64,000 nt of DNA from positions 1 through 64,000 of IMG/VR virus record IMGVR_UViG_3300043570_001980; one strand, given 5' to 3'. The position numbers and the translations under genes were made by a program. Below the pieces are notes generated by a model that saw only the letters and a program-made list of their open reading frames with translations, did not search any database and had not been told where the DNA came from. Shown piece by piece: positions 26,064 through 35,751 of the stretch (within the stretch, counting starts at the first letter, position 1; every line of letters starts with the position of its first letter).

Positions 26064-27104
26064 ATGGCCAAACGCCTCACACGTAAACTCACCGATGTGG
26101 CTTCAGAAGTTGAAGCCACCATCATCAAAGAACTAAACATTACCAAAGGACAGATTGATGCAATGCGCAATCGTGTTCAATCTTTGGCTGTGTATTTCCC
26201 AACAAGCAATCAAGAAAAAATTGATATTTTGTGGATTGACTACGAAGTCCAACGAGATGTAATTCACAAACACATTCTTAGTATCATGAAAAAGTGGGAT
26301 CCTCGCATCTGCTCCCCAGTGAGCGCATGTCGTGTGCTAGGTCGTGACAGGGTGGAAACATACGATGGACAGCACCGTACCCTGGCCGCGGCCATCTTGG
26401 GCTATACCGAGGTACCTTGTGCTGTGGTAGAAACAGACGACCCTAACTTTCCTAGTTATGCATTTGAAATGCTCAACGACACAGGCGTTAAACGTCTTAA
26501 TCCCGGCGACCTTCATCGCAATGCACTAGTTCGTTACAAGAACGGTAGCAGAGAGACAAAAACTGTTCGTGCTCGTAAAATGCAAGATCAATTTGATGCC
26601 CTGGGCATCGACCTTGAAGATAAGAATACTCGCAAAAGTGTGGCCTTGCGTGGCGACAGTGATTATTTCTTTAGCCACTTCAAGTATGCGCAAAAAGTAA
26701 TTGACGCCGACCCAACAGGACGAGTATTGTTTAATATATTGGATGCAATTCAGCACACCTGGCCCGAGCAAGAAGAAATCGATCAAGGTTGCTTTATTGG
26801 ATTGTACGAGTTATTCCGCCTGGCTGGTAGTGCAGGGCTAACCTTGCCCGACGGTTGGATGCGTAAATTGTGCGCCAGCATCGCCAATGTATGGAATGAC
26901 TCCAGCGTGGTACATGCCAAAGGGCGTCAACAATGGGCCTTTTACAAAGGCGACGGTGCCACCTGGACTGCTCCGACTGCAATGAGTAACTTCTTGCGAG
27001 AAGTACATGTTGTAGGTGGCGGCAAACTGGAATTACCATTCCACGGTGACGGTTCTAAAATGGGCATCGAAGAAGGCGTTGTTGCTCCGGGACTAATGCA
27101 ATGA
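26064..27104 (+). CDS. ParB/Srx-like (DGQHR) domain protein
   Basis: QRD...YDGQHRTLAA. Confidence 0.75.
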   Translation: MAKRLTRKLTDVASEVEATIIKELNITKGQIDAMRNRVQSLAVYFPTSNQEKIDILWIDYEVQRDVIHKHILSIMKKWDPRICSPVSACRVLGRDRVETYDGQHRTLAAAILGYTEVPCAVVETDDPNFPSYAFEMLNDTGVKRLNPGDLHRNALVRYKNGSRETKTVRARKMQDQFDALGIDLEDKNTRKSVALRGDSDYFFSHFKYAQKVIDADPTGRVLFNILDAIQHTWPEQEEIDQGCFIGLYELFRLAGSAGLTLPDGWMRKLCASIANVWNDSSVVHAKGRQQWAFYKGDGATWTAPTAMSNFLREVHVVGGGKLELPFHGDGSKMGIEEGVVAPGLMQ

Positions 27105-27688
27105 ACCATGCACTTGCCATTGGATGTAGCCACACAGCAGGTGTGGGTGTAAATCCCGATGAATGCTATGTAAGCTTACTAAGCAAACATTATCAACGTT
27201 CTGTAAAAAATTTAGGAACACCAGGTGGCAATTGTTTTCATGTAGAAAAACATTTAGTTCATGAACTAAAAATAAATTTACCTGATTTTGTAATATGCCA
27301 ATGGCCTAATGTTTTTAGACGTATCACCTGGGTCAATGGCTATGCTACAAACGAAAACATTCAGAGTGACAGCGCCGTTTTTAAACAGCTATTAGTATTG
27401 GGTGAAGAAAACTTTTATAATCCTTGGCTACAAACAATCATCACTTGTAATTTATTATGCAATCTTGCCAAGGTGCCTATTGTTAACATCATGATTGAAA
27501 ACATCAATCAACAATACCATGCAGTATTAAACAGTCAAGGTATTGTTTTGCATGTTGATGAAAAACTGCCAGGGCTATCTTGGATAGTAGATAATAAAGG
27601 AAATGATGGAATGCATCACAGCGCCAGCTGTCATGCACAATGGGCCAAACGATTGATAGGATTAATAGATGAATCAACAACTACTTGA
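27101..27688 (+). CDS. SGNH-hydrolase-like protein
   Basis: AIGCSHTAG, NLGTPG, DGMHH. Confidence 0.65.
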   Translation: MNHALAIGCSHTAGVGVNPDECYVSLLSKHYQRSVKNLGTPGGNCFHVEKHLVHELKINLPDFVICQWPNVFRRITWVNGYATNENIQSDSAVFKQLLVLGEENFYNPWLQTIITCNLLCNLAKVPIVNIMIENINQQYHAVLNSQGIVLHVDEKLPGLSWIVDNKGNDGMHHSASCHAQWAKRLIGLIDESTTT

Positions 27689-28232
27689 AAACTTTGTTGC
27701 GCCAGTTTATTCAAAAACACCTCGCAACCAAGAAGCATACAGAGCCACTTATCGTTACTGTCATGACCGACTGGTTTCTGTGCTAGACATCTATCGTAAC
27801 AGCACAAATGACCAACAGACTCTACGACTGGTCAGAGATGACATGGACAATTTACTAAGAAGATATCACGAGTATTGCATTAAACAACGTGACGGCATGG
27901 GTGCTCATTATCACGAAATTGGCGCCGATGTTGAAACAGACTTTGAACACTTGATTCCTGCCGCAAGAATTCGAGACTTAATGATTGTAGGACTAATTAC
28001 TATTGATCAAGCTCTTAATTGCCCAACTGTAAAACTCAGTAGAGAAAAACATCATTTGCTTAAAGAATCAGGTTGGGGCAGTCATACTCCGAGTGTTTGG
28101 AATCCGTGGCAACGTTATACTGATATTTTTAATGCAAGATTTCGAACTCACGATGGCACTGACGTTGATCTAGCCGCCTGGACGTTAGACAAGCACTACG
28201 AGTATTATAACTATCTTATTCAACAACCTTAA
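27669..28232 (+). CDS. Hypothetical protein with EHxxP (HNH-like) motif
   Basis: TDFEHLIPA. Confidence 0.6.
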   Translation: MNQQLLENFVAPVYSKTPRNQEAYRATYRYCHDRLVSVLDIYRNSTNDQQTLRLVRDDMDNLLRRYHEYCIKQRDGMGAHYHEIGADVETDFEHLIPAARIRDLMIVGLITIDQALNCPTVKLSREKHHLLKESGWGSHTPSVWNPWQRYTDIFNARFRTHDGTDVDLAAWTLDKHYEYYNYLIQQP

Positions 28233-29263
28233 TGTACTTTTGCATCGCTGAACAAGAGCTCACAGAGTTCCCATATCGTCATCAACTGGCCCCTCATCTT
28301 TGGGTTAATGCCTACTATGATATTAATCAAGATAAATTTTTTGGTTATCGTTTAGGCGAGCACGGAGGAAACTTTGTTGAGTTTGAGTTTGGTGACGAAG
28401 AAGTCACAGTTGAGTTTAGTTTTTATAAAGACTTTAATCTTGGGTTTGGCAAAGGCATTATTCTTACCAATATTAACAAGTACATAGACACAGCAATATC
28501 TCCGTTGACGGTTAAATTTAATTGTCACGACGAGCTAGGAATCAATTGGTTACAGTATAAAAAAATCAAATCTGCTATTGTTCCTGAAATTAAAACTTGG
28601 GAACAGGTACTTGTTGACATTGAGCTAAGGTTATTGTCTAATTTACAAACTTGCGCAAACATCAGTGATAAAACACAGATTGCATTCTCGGGCGGACTTG
28701 ACTCCAGTACCCTTGCGTTTTTGGCATTGCATCATCAGGTTGAGTTTACTGGAGTTGTAGCCAATCACACAAGGTTTTATTTTAACAAACTTCCATTTGA
28801 CGTAGTCTACAGTGACACTCAAGAAACAATAGATTATCCGTATAGTCAGTTAGACAATGTCAAGCCGGCATTTTACAATACAAATAATTTAATCACAGGA
28901 TACTACGGCGATCTGGCACTCTTGCATCACGGTGAACTGTACGCACAATCTTCAAAGTTGGTCAATCAAATATTTGACTGTTACGATACTGCAATCTATC
29001 TGCCAGAACATACATTTGACAATGTTAATTCATTGAGATCAGCAATTGTTAAATTGCATTCTCAACCAACGTTCCAGCAATGGTTTGGTGATTTTCAAAT
29101 ACTAGATCCCTACAGAGACCCTGAATTGTTTTTGACTGTGATCAGTTTAGACACAGAAGATCTGGTTAAACAACTAGCCACGGGACAGTTACAGAAAGAT
29201 TTAATCGATCGCTGGAATCCTGATTGGCTTTCTCATATCTGCAAACATAAAAATGAATACTGA
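28232..29263 (+). CDS. Asparagine synthase-like PP-loop protein
   Basis: IAFSGGLDSS; ITGYYGD; DPYRD. Confidence 0.7.
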   Translation: MYFCIAEQELTEFPYRHQLAPHLWVNAYYDINQDKFFGYRLGEHGGNFVEFEFGDEEVTVEFSFYKDFNLGFGKGIILTNINKYIDTAISPLTVKFNCHDELGINWLQYKKIKSAIVPEIKTWEQVLVDIELRLLSNLQTCANISDKTQIAFSGGLDSSTLAFLALHHQVEFTGVVANHTRFYFNKLPFDVVYSDTQETIDYPYSQLDNVKPAFYNTNNLITGYYGDLALLHHGELYAQSSKLVNQIFDCYDTAIYLPEHTFDNVNSLRSAIVKLHSQPTFQQWFGDFQILDPYRDPELFLTVISLDTEDLVKQLATGQLQKDLIDRWNPDWLSHICKHKNEY

Positions 29264-29954
29264 TTATACTTTTGTTTCCTACAATGGCGGCTCAGCTGGT
29301 GATTTGTTTGTGACCAGTTGCAATGGAATAAAGCTAACCAAAATATCCGGTATCAGCGTTCCTACTGATCATTCTTTAAAAAAGTTTGAAAGAAAAATAC
29401 AAGACAACGAAATGTCAGTGTTGGATGCTGTTCAGCAATTACCTGTACCCCCAAATGGTTTTGTTAGCACACATTTATTTGAACCAATTATCAACAGCAA
29501 CTGGTCATTGATTAATATTGTAGTCACTGACCCACAGGTACAAGAGCAGATAGTTCTAAGACAAATGAAACTGCAAAAACTTGCTATCAAAGTTGCACCT
29601 GGCGAATCTTGGTTTGAGATAGCTAAAACTCTTTGCCTCAATGGAAAGTTTGAAAAAGCCGCTTCGTATTGGTTTGAACAATCAAAAAGATTATGGATGC
29701 AGACCATGTACGATCGTGTTGCAAATACCTACGGTAAAAACATTAATTTTAACTTGTTGTTTAAAGAAAATTTTGTCAATAACCTACAGCAACAAGGCTG
29801 GACGACCAACATTGATGTGTTGGCAGAAAATCATCGACGTTGGATTAAAAAGAACGCAGAGTTTTCCAAAGAAGAAACACTGACTGCTATTGCAAAGAAA
29901 TTGTCAACCATGGACTGGACTGCTGAATCTGGTTATATAGATTTTGTTGCGTAA
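29253..29954 (+). CDS. Hypothetical protein
   Basis: FVSYNGGSAGD, a degenerate Gly-rich loop. Confidence 0.65.
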   Translation: MNTDYTFVSYNGGSAGDLFVTSCNGIKLTKISGISVPTDHSLKKFERKIQDNEMSVLDAVQQLPVPPNGFVSTHLFEPIINSNWSLINIVVTDPQVQEQIVLRQMKLQKLAIKVAPGESWFEIAKTLCLNGKFEKAASYWFEQSKRLWMQTMYDRVANTYGKNINFNLLFKENFVNNLQQQGWTTNIDVLAENHRRWIKKNAEFSKEETLTAIAKKLSTMDWTAESGYIDFVA

Positions 29955-30028
29955 AAACAACACTATAAAACTGCTTAAAAATTAAGCAGAAATCTGTGGT
30001 TGACCAGAATTCCCTGTTTTGTTATAAT
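29945..30028 (+). promoter_or_regulatory. Early promoter with two upstream palindromes
   Basis: TGTTG-N8-CAACA (29945), CTGCTTAA-AAA-TTAAGCAG (29971), TTGACC(30000)-N17-TATAAT. Confidence 0.85.
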
Positions 30029-30055
30029 AGAAGTTATAGCAACAAGGAGCAACGC

Positions 30056-30457
30056 ATGGAATTTTATGTTGAAGGCAATCCCAAAGCCAAAAAATACGTA
30101 GAAGCACTTCTACCTTCTATGATAGAGCAATTGAAGCTCGTAAAACATAAAAAACTCCTGCACATCATATTAGATCCTGACCTTGAAGACCTGGGCACCA
30201 CAGTTCCTCTCAAAGGTTTGGACACCTATTTGATTGTGCTCAAACCCGTTAAGGATCTTCAGGCCATGGGTGCCACCCTGGCGCACGAGCTCACTCATGT
30301 GGCACAGTTTGCCAAAGGCACCTTGCAGTTGACACCACGTGGCAAGCTGTGGAAAGGCAAGTACTACGGACGCAAAGTCCCGTATCTGGAACAGCCTTGG
30401 GAAATACAGGCATTTTCCAAACAAGAAATCTTGTTCCGCAGAGCCATTGAACTCTGA
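30056..30457 (+). CDS. HEXXH zinc metallopeptidase-like protein
   Basis: TLAHELTHVAQ...PWEIQA. Confidence 0.8.
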   Translation: MEFYVEGNPKAKKYVEALLPSMIEQLKLVKHKKLLHIILDPDLEDLGTTVPLKGLDTYLIVLKPVKDLQAMGATLAHELTHVAQFAKGTLQLTPRGKLWKGKYYGRKVPYLEQPWEIQAFSKQEILFRRAIEL

Positions 30458-30459
30458 TC

Positions 30460-30563
30460 TGTTGCGTAAAAACAACACTCAATCTGCTTAAAAAATAGAC
30501 AGAAAGTGTTGTTTTTTCACAACACACAAAACAGTTGACCAGAATTACCCATTTTGCTATAAT
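30460..30563 (+). promoter_or_regulatory. Early promoter with upstream palindromes
   Basis: TGTTG-N8-CAACA at 30460 and 30507; TCTG...CAGA at 30483; TTGACC(30535)-N17-TATAAT. Confidence 0.85.
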
Positions 30564-30594
30564 AGAAGTATAGTAAGAAACAAAGGAGTTAGAT

Positions 30595-30873
30595 ATGTCA
30601 TACGTAATTGTCTCAAAAGGTACTGGTTTAATCGTTACCGACGGTCCCAACAAGACTCGTGCCTACAAAACATTTGGTGCCGCCAAAGCAACTCGTACCC
30701 GTCTCTGCAACAAAGCAGGTTGGAACGAAAGCCAACTGAACATTGTGAGCCGTGACACTTACACGGCACCCAAGATCACTGTTCGTAATTTGATGACAGG
30801 CAAGCCAGTGAAAATTGACGCTGACACACCTTGGGCTTGCCGAGTTGACAGCGAAGCCTACTGGAGCAATTGA
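30595..30873 (+). CDS. Hypothetical early protein
   Basis: AAAGGAG SD; 92 aa. Confidence 0.75.
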   Translation: MSYVIVSKGTGLIVTDGPNKTRAYKTFGAAKATRTRLCNKAGWNESQLNIVSRDTYTAPKITVRNLMTGKPVKIDADTPWACRVDSEAYWSN

Positions 30874-30874
30874 T

Positions 30875-31135
30875 ATGCGATACGGTAACATGCCTTACAA
30901 ATATCGAGTGGTAACTAAGGTATCATCTAAGGAAGATGCTATCACAGATGTATTTGGACGTCAAATTTTGTTGACAACAAATAACTATCAAACAGCTCGC
31001 AAAGAGTGTATTGAGTGGGCCGCTTATGATGACATTCTTGTGCATGTGATCAACCAGTTTGGCTCTAGCAAATTCTCATGTGACGGAGCCAGTGAGGCTT
31101 ACGATCGTTATCCTAAAACAGCGGAGACAGTATAA
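30875..31135 (+). CDS. Hypothetical protein
   Basis: 86 aa from MRYGNM. Confidence 0.65.
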   Translation: MRYGNMPYKYRVVTKVSSKEDAITDVFGRQILLTTNNYQTARKECIEWAAYDDILVHVINQFGSSKFSCDGASEAYDRYPKTAETV

Positions 31136-31278
31136 TGAAAGTCGTATATAATGGTTTGTTGGGTGGCTGGTACATTGTGCGTGGAGCCCACCAAACACCT
31201 ATCAGTGGTAGGTTCGACAGCAAAGAATCGGCACTGGCTCATTTGCGTAGACGCAACCCTTTCCATACCGGAGTTTAA
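31135..31278 (+). CDS. 47-aa hypothetical protein
   Basis: MKVVYNGLLGGWYIVRGAHQTPISGRFDSKESALAHLRRRNPFHTGV*. Confidence 0.6.
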   Translation: MKVVYNGLLGGWYIVRGAHQTPISGRFDSKESALAHLRRRNPFHTGV

Positions 31279-31282
31279 TACA

Positions 31283-31483
31283 ATGCATCAAAACGTAGAT
31301 AACCTTATTATTAAATTTGCGGAAATCCTGGACAGAGATCCCTTGGATCAGATGGAGGACACCTACTCCATTCTGCGCAAATTTACAGAAGCCATTGCTC
31401 AAGACTGTATGTCCAACTTGTATCTGAATGGATACGACGATGCAATGATGCAGATAAAACAACATTTGGGAATTGAAAAATGA
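31283..31483 (+). CDS. Hypothetical protein
   Basis: 66 aa from MHQNVD. Confidence 0.6.
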   Translation: MHQNVDNLIIKFAEILDRDPLDQMEDTYSILRKFTEAIAQDCMSNLYLNGYDDAMMQIKQHLGIEK

Positions 31484-31788
31484 AAAAATTAATCAGAGAC
31501 GGTAAAGTAGCAGTATTGTACTCGCCCGGCTTTGGTGCTGGTTGGTCAACTTGGAATCAAGAGTTGCCCGAGCTGGTGTTCAATCCTGTGATTGTTGATT
31601 TTGTAGAAAAAGAACAATGGGATGAATTAGCAGTTTACGTTAGCCTCAAGTATCCTGACATCTACGACGGTGGCATGAGAGATCTAGAAATTGCCTGGCT
31701 TGATGTGGGTGCTGAATTTAGAATCCACGAGTACGACGGTAGCGAAAGCATTGAAGTCAAAGAAGAATTGATGTGGTTGGTTGCGTAA
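31480..31788 (+). CDS. Hypothetical protein
   Basis: VAVLYSPGFGAGWSTWN...EYDGSESI. Confidence 0.75.
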   Translation: MKKLIRDGKVAVLYSPGFGAGWSTWNQELPELVFNPVIVDFVEKEQWDELAVYVSLKYPDIYDGGMRDLEIAWLDVGAEFRIHEYDGSESIEVKEELMWLVA

Positions 31789-31797
31789 GGAAATAAA

Positions 31798-32094
31798 ATG
31801 ACAGTAGAATACGGAACTTGTCCTGTGTGCAACGGCTCTGGTCGTGTGACGCCAAGCCCTGAACAACAAAAATACAAACATGTCTATTCAGGCTACGACA
31901 AAGACACAGACACCCTAGGTTGTTCCAATTGTGGCGGCCAGTACATGTACGGCACCCCACGTGGCAAAGTCCGATTGAACGCACAAGGTGATCCATGCAC
32001 TCACCATTATCAAAGCAGTAATGCCGGGCGATGTTTGACCAATTATGATTGTGTCCACTGTGGCGATCGTTATCAAATTGATTCGGGTGACTAA
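31798..32094 (+). CDS. Multi-CxxC zinc-finger protein
   Basis: CPVCNGSG, CSNCGG, CxH, CVHCG. Confidence 0.75.
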   Translation: MTVEYGTCPVCNGSGRVTPSPEQQKYKHVYSGYDKDTDTLGCSNCGGQYMYGTPRGKVRLNAQGDPCTHHYQSSNAGRCLTNYDCVHCGDRYQIDSGD

Positions 32095-32342
32095 TGAAAA
32101 CCACACGAGTTGATGGCGGTAAAATTAGTTGGACCGATGAGTGGAAGGTTGGTGCTGTGGCAACAGCCACCGAGATGTTTGGCCTCCCGGGTACCCAAGC
32201 AGGTCGACGTTGGTTTTATCGTGTGCAATTTCTCAACGAAGAATGGCGCAGAAAAGGCAGAAAATCAGAGTTAAAAGTTCTGTTGTATTTTCGCAACACA
32301 GTAGATGCCACGTTTTTCTGCTTAAAAAAGTCGCAGAAATAG
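32094..32342 (+). CDS. Small protein of the ...FxLK family
   Basis: Ends LYFRNTVDATFFCLKK. Confidence 0.6.
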   Translation: MKTTRVDGGKISWTDEWKVGAVATATEMFGLPGTQAGRRWFYRVQFLNEEWRRKGRKSELKVLLYFRNTVDATFFCLKKSQK

Positions 32343-32375
32343 CTGGTTGACCAGAATTGCCCATTTTGCTATAAT
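32281..32375 (+). promoter_or_regulatory. Early promoter with upstream palindromes
   Basis: TGTTG-N8-CAACA (32281), CTGC-N11-GCAG near 32318, TTGACC(32347)-N17-TATAAT. Confidence 0.85.
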
Positions 32376-32404
32376 ACTTGTATAGTAAACAAAAAGGAGC
32401 TGGT

Positions 32405-32668
32405 ATGTTAAAATTTGCAAAGATTGCTCAAGTCGGTGACACCATCCGTGCATATGATTTCAAGCCGTTGATAGGCCGCGAAGATTGTTTTGTTGAAGGT
32501 GTTGTTCAAAAAATTGACAACCGTGGCTACGATTGTTTTGTGATTGTAGTGACCAAAGACAGCTGGTCAGATGCTGAAGATGCTGGCCGTGTTGGCAAAG
32601 AAGTGTTTGTTCCATTTGAAGTCAGCTTCATGGAATTTGATGCCCGTGTTATGAATCTCAGCCGCTAA
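32405..32668 (+). CDS. Hypothetical early protein
   Basis: AAAGGAG SD. Confidence 0.75.
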   Translation: MLKFAKIAQVGDTIRAYDFKPLIGREDCFVEGVVQKIDNRGYDCFVIVVTKDSWSDAEDAGRVGKEVFVPFEVSFMEFDARVMNLSR

Positions 32669-32680
32669 AAGGAAATCAAA

Positions 32681-32932
32681 ATGCGTCACGTATCTGGTTT
32701 TAGCAACAGCACCCGAATTCGTTTTATCATTGACGGATTTGGTATGTATGCAACCATCAATGATGTTTTTACAAAAACAGCCACAGTATCGCATGGTGCG
32801 GCTCTGCGATATGCTGTGGAGTATCTGGCAGAAATTCGTCGTCGTAGTCCAGTTCTGGGCGAAAGCCGTCCAGTGGGCACCGTGATTACACACGAAGGTC
32901 ACCAGGTCCAAATCAATTTGATGGCCAATTGA
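32681..32932 (+). CDS. Hypothetical protein
   Basis: AAAGGA SD; 83 aa. Confidence 0.7.
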   Translation: MRHVSGFSNSTRIRFIIDGFGMYATINDVFTKTATVSHGAALRYAVEYLAEIRRRSPVLGESRPVGTVITHEGHQVQINLMAN

Positions 32933-32938
32933 TTTTGG

Positions 32939-32967
32939 TTGACCAATAATTCCCAATTTGCTATAAT
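32939..32967 (+). promoter_or_regulatory. Early sigma70 promoter
   Basis: TTGACC-N17-TATAAT. Confidence 0.85.
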
Positions 32968-32999
32968 ATACACATACACTAACAAAACAGGAGCAGAAA

Positions 33000-33407
33000 A
33001 TGGCATATATCGGAGCACAAGAAGTCAAGTCAATTCGCGACGCACTCAAAGCACAATTCCCCAAGTTTAAATTCAGTGCCCGTAAAGGCAGTGGTTCACT
33101 CAGCGTTGAAGTCACTGTTAAATCTGGTCCTATTGATTTCTTTGAAAATCACAATCAGACCATAGATCACCGTCATGTTGACAGTCGTCTTGCAGAAGGT
33201 TACATGCAGATTAACCCCTACTGGTTCCAAGATCATTTTACTGGCGAAGCCAAGGATGCAATTGATCAGTTCTTGCGTATCATCAAGACTGCACCCGAGC
33301 GTCAGTGGTACGACCGCAGTGATGCAATGACAGATTATTTTGACACCGCTTTTTACATTCACCTGAATATTGGTGAGTGGAGCAAGCCCTACGTATTAGT
33401 TAAGTAA
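33000..33407 (+). CDS. LPD29-like early protein
   Basis: IRDALKAQFPKFKFSAR...WYDRSDAMTDYFDTAFY. Tentative. Confidence 0.6.
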   Translation: MAYIGAQEVKSIRDALKAQFPKFKFSARKGSGSLSVEVTVKSGPIDFFENHNQTIDHRHVDSRLAEGYMQINPYWFQDHFTGEAKDAIDQFLRIIKTAPERQWYDRSDAMTDYFDTAFYIHLNIGEWSKPYVLVK

Positions 33408-33419
33408 ACAGGAGACACC

Positions 33420-34151
33420 GTGAATCCCAAGACTTATTTTCACCCAGCAAATGGTTACAATCCTCGTTATGGTGTTCGTCGCACCAAAGCTACAGTGAAT
33501 TCATTTAAGTATTCTGTTGATGATGTTTGGGGTGCGGCTGTAGCGGCACAACGTGTTAACGGAGAATATCTCAAAGAAGATAAGACCAATATAACTGAAG
33601 ATGGTTCCTATGAGACTCTCCAGAAGCGCAATCGTGACATCATGATGGACTTCCTGGCTGTGCCCGGTACCATCACCGACGAGGATCGTTTGATTGGTCG
33701 CGAGTGCCGTAGATTCTTGCAAAATGATCTTACCTTCCGTGCGCTCAAAGGCCAGCTCAGTGCATTTGATGCAAGTGTCAGCCGGGTTGTGGCTGTTGAA
33801 GATGAATTTGATACTGTACAACATCGACTGGAATTGGCTGTGGTTGCATGTTTGCCACAGAGCCATCAACGTGCATTGGTGCGCCAGTCAATCCAGGACC
33901 GTGTACGCAATGCCAGCGGCGGCTATGTTGGCAATGTCAGCGACAAAGTAGCATTAGATGCAGAAGTTGTGAGTGCCAACTGGAGCAACACATACAACAT
34001 TTTTTGGGTCACTGCAATTACCCAAGATAATCGAGCCTTGTTTTTCAGCTACAAATCTCAGCTGAATTCAGGTATCCAAATCAAATTGATTGGTACTGTA
34101 AAAGCTCATCGTGACAACAAAACCCAACTCAATCGTGTTAAGGTGTTATAA
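33420..34151 (+). CDS. Hypothetical protein with C-terminal OB-fold-like region
   Basis: GTVKAHRDNKTQLNRVK ending; GTG start with AGGAG SD. Confidence 0.7.
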   Translation: MNPKTYFHPANGYNPRYGVRRTKATVNSFKYSVDDVWGAAVAAQRVNGEYLKEDKTNITEDGSYETLQKRNRDIMMDFLAVPGTITDEDRLIGRECRRFLQNDLTFRALKGQLSAFDASVSRVVAVEDEFDTVQHRLELAVVACLPQSHQRALVRQSIQDRVRNASGGYVGNVSDKVALDAEVVSANWSNTYNIFWVTAITQDNRALFFSYKSQLNSGIQIKLIGTVKAHRDNKTQLNRVKVL

Positions 34152-34399
34152 TGTTTGATAAAGATATTAATATTAGTAATCTCACTGGTCGTCAGGTTGA
34201 AATGCTGGACATAATGTGGAGTCTTGAACACTATGAAGACATAGAAGCTTGGCAGGCAACTTTAGATCTTCAAGAACGAGAAATGAGCGAAACACTCATG
34301 CGATTGATTTTGCTAGAACTAGTTGACGAAACCATTAATGCTATTAACAAAGAAGACTTGTCCTTGGCCAAAGACTATTTGAAAAAGTTTCAACTATGA
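34151..34399 (+). CDS. Hypothetical protein
   Basis: 82 aa. Confidence 0.7.
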   Translation: MFDKDINISNLTGRQVEMLDIMWSLEHYEDIEAWQATLDLQEREMSETLMRLILLELVDETINAINKEDLSLAKDYLKKFQL

Positions 34400-34737
34400 A
34401 TCCCAAAGACCATCAATTTTTGGCCATGTGGGACTGCTACGGTCTTGAGACCTTGATTGACATTACCGAAACTCAGGGCGCCAAAGTTTGGGCCGCACTA
34501 AAAGGTGAACCCGATACTGTGAGGATTCCCAATTTGATGCACCTTGAACTCAGAGCACGTTATAATAGTCAACGACACTACGAAATTTATATTTTTAATG
34601 CTCAAGAAGGCATTACCAAAGATGACATTCAGGATATGTTTGATGCTGATCCGCAGACAGCCGCAGATACTATTCGCAGGATCGGTCATCGTTATTACAG
34701 CAATCGACGTGACGAACATGCAATTGCAATTAGATAA
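34396..34737 (+). CDS. Hypothetical protein
   Basis: 113 aa. Confidence 0.7.
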   Translation: MNPKDHQFLAMWDCYGLETLIDITETQGAKVWAALKGEPDTVRIPNLMHLELRARYNSQRHYEIYIFNAQEGITKDDIQDMFDADPQTAADTIRRIGHRYYSNRRDEHAIAIR

Positions 34738-34748
34738 GGAGCGCCAGC

Positions 34749-35171
34749 ATGGGACTTGATATGTATGCATACGTGGCTGCCAGAGCTGGACAACAAAGTG
34801 AGTTTTACGAGGGTGCCGAATTTGACCAAGATTCTAGGGATTTTGTCAACAAGGTAGTATCTAAACCACGTGAACTTGCTTACTGGCGCAAGCACCCTAA
34901 CCTGCATGGTTGGATGGAACAACTGTGGAATCAACGCAACGGTGGCAATCAGGATGGCAACACCTTTAATGGTATTGAACTTGAGTTAACTTATGATGAT
35001 TTAGAACGACTTGAGCTTGATGTCATTGCAGGTACATTACCAGGTACATCTGGATTCTTTTTTGGTGATGATGCAGATGACCACTATCAAGATCAAGATC
35101 TTGAATTTATACGGAACGCTCGAGCTGAGTTGTTCATGGGATTGAAAGTATTTTATAATTCTTCATGGTAA
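34749..35171 (+). CDS. Conserved-type phage protein (MGLDMY...YWRKH)
   Basis: MGLDMYAY, LAYWRKHPNLHGW, YNSSW ending. Confidence 0.8.
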   Translation: MGLDMYAYVAARAGQQSEFYEGAEFDQDSRDFVNKVVSKPRELAYWRKHPNLHGWMEQLWNQRNGGNQDGNTFNGIELELTYDDLERLELDVIAGTLPGTSGFFFGDDADDHYQDQDLEFIRNARAELFMGLKVFYNSSW

Positions 35172-35177
35172 CATTGT

Positions 35178-35597
35178 ATGAAAATTGGACTTAGTTACAG
35201 CCGTTGTGTCCGAGATATTGTGGACGGTCGAGTAGACATCAACGACGTTTTGATTATCATCAGTCGCACGGATTTTGATCCTCACGATGATGAACAATGG
35301 GCTGGTATCTGGCAAGGATATCATCAGAGTAGCGGTTGGAGTAATCCCGAATGGGGCCACTATACAGACGAAGATGAAGCTAAGTTTCGTAGTGTCAGCA
35401 TTGAACTTTGGGAATCAGGTAAACTGCACCAACCACGCAAGTTTGGTGCTCATCCAGCTCGCCGCTCTGAGATTTGGCTTGAGGCAGTACTGCCCAGCAG
35501 TGAACTCAAACGCAACCCTGCGGCCCAGGATGCCTGGAATCGTTTCCAAACCATTGCAGGTCTGACCAATGTTAAATTGGACAAAGACTACCAATAA
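35178..35597 (+). CDS. Hypothetical protein
   Basis: 139 aa. Confidence 0.75.
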   Translation: MKIGLSYSRCVRDIVDGRVDINDVLIIISRTDFDPHDDEQWAGIWQGYHQSSGWSNPEWGHYTDEDEAKFRSVSIELWESGKLHQPRKFGAHPARRSEIWLEAVLPSSELKRNPAAQDAWNRFQTIAGLTNVKLDKDYQ

Positions 35598-35602
35598 AAT
35601 GG

Positions 35603-35751
35603 TTGACCAATTAATTGATTCGTGCTATAATACATACATGGACAAAAAATTAACCAGTTTTGAGCGGGTAAATATGTTGCAAAAAAACAACACATTTGCT
35701 TGCTCAAATATAGCAGGAAAGGTTGACACAAAAACCCTTTTTTGCTATACT
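35603..35751 (+). promoter_or_regulatory. Tandem sigma70 promoters with a palindrome between them
   Basis: TTGACC(35603)-N17-TATAAT; TGTTG-N8-CAACA (35675); TTGACA(35723)-N17-TATACT. Confidence 0.85.
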
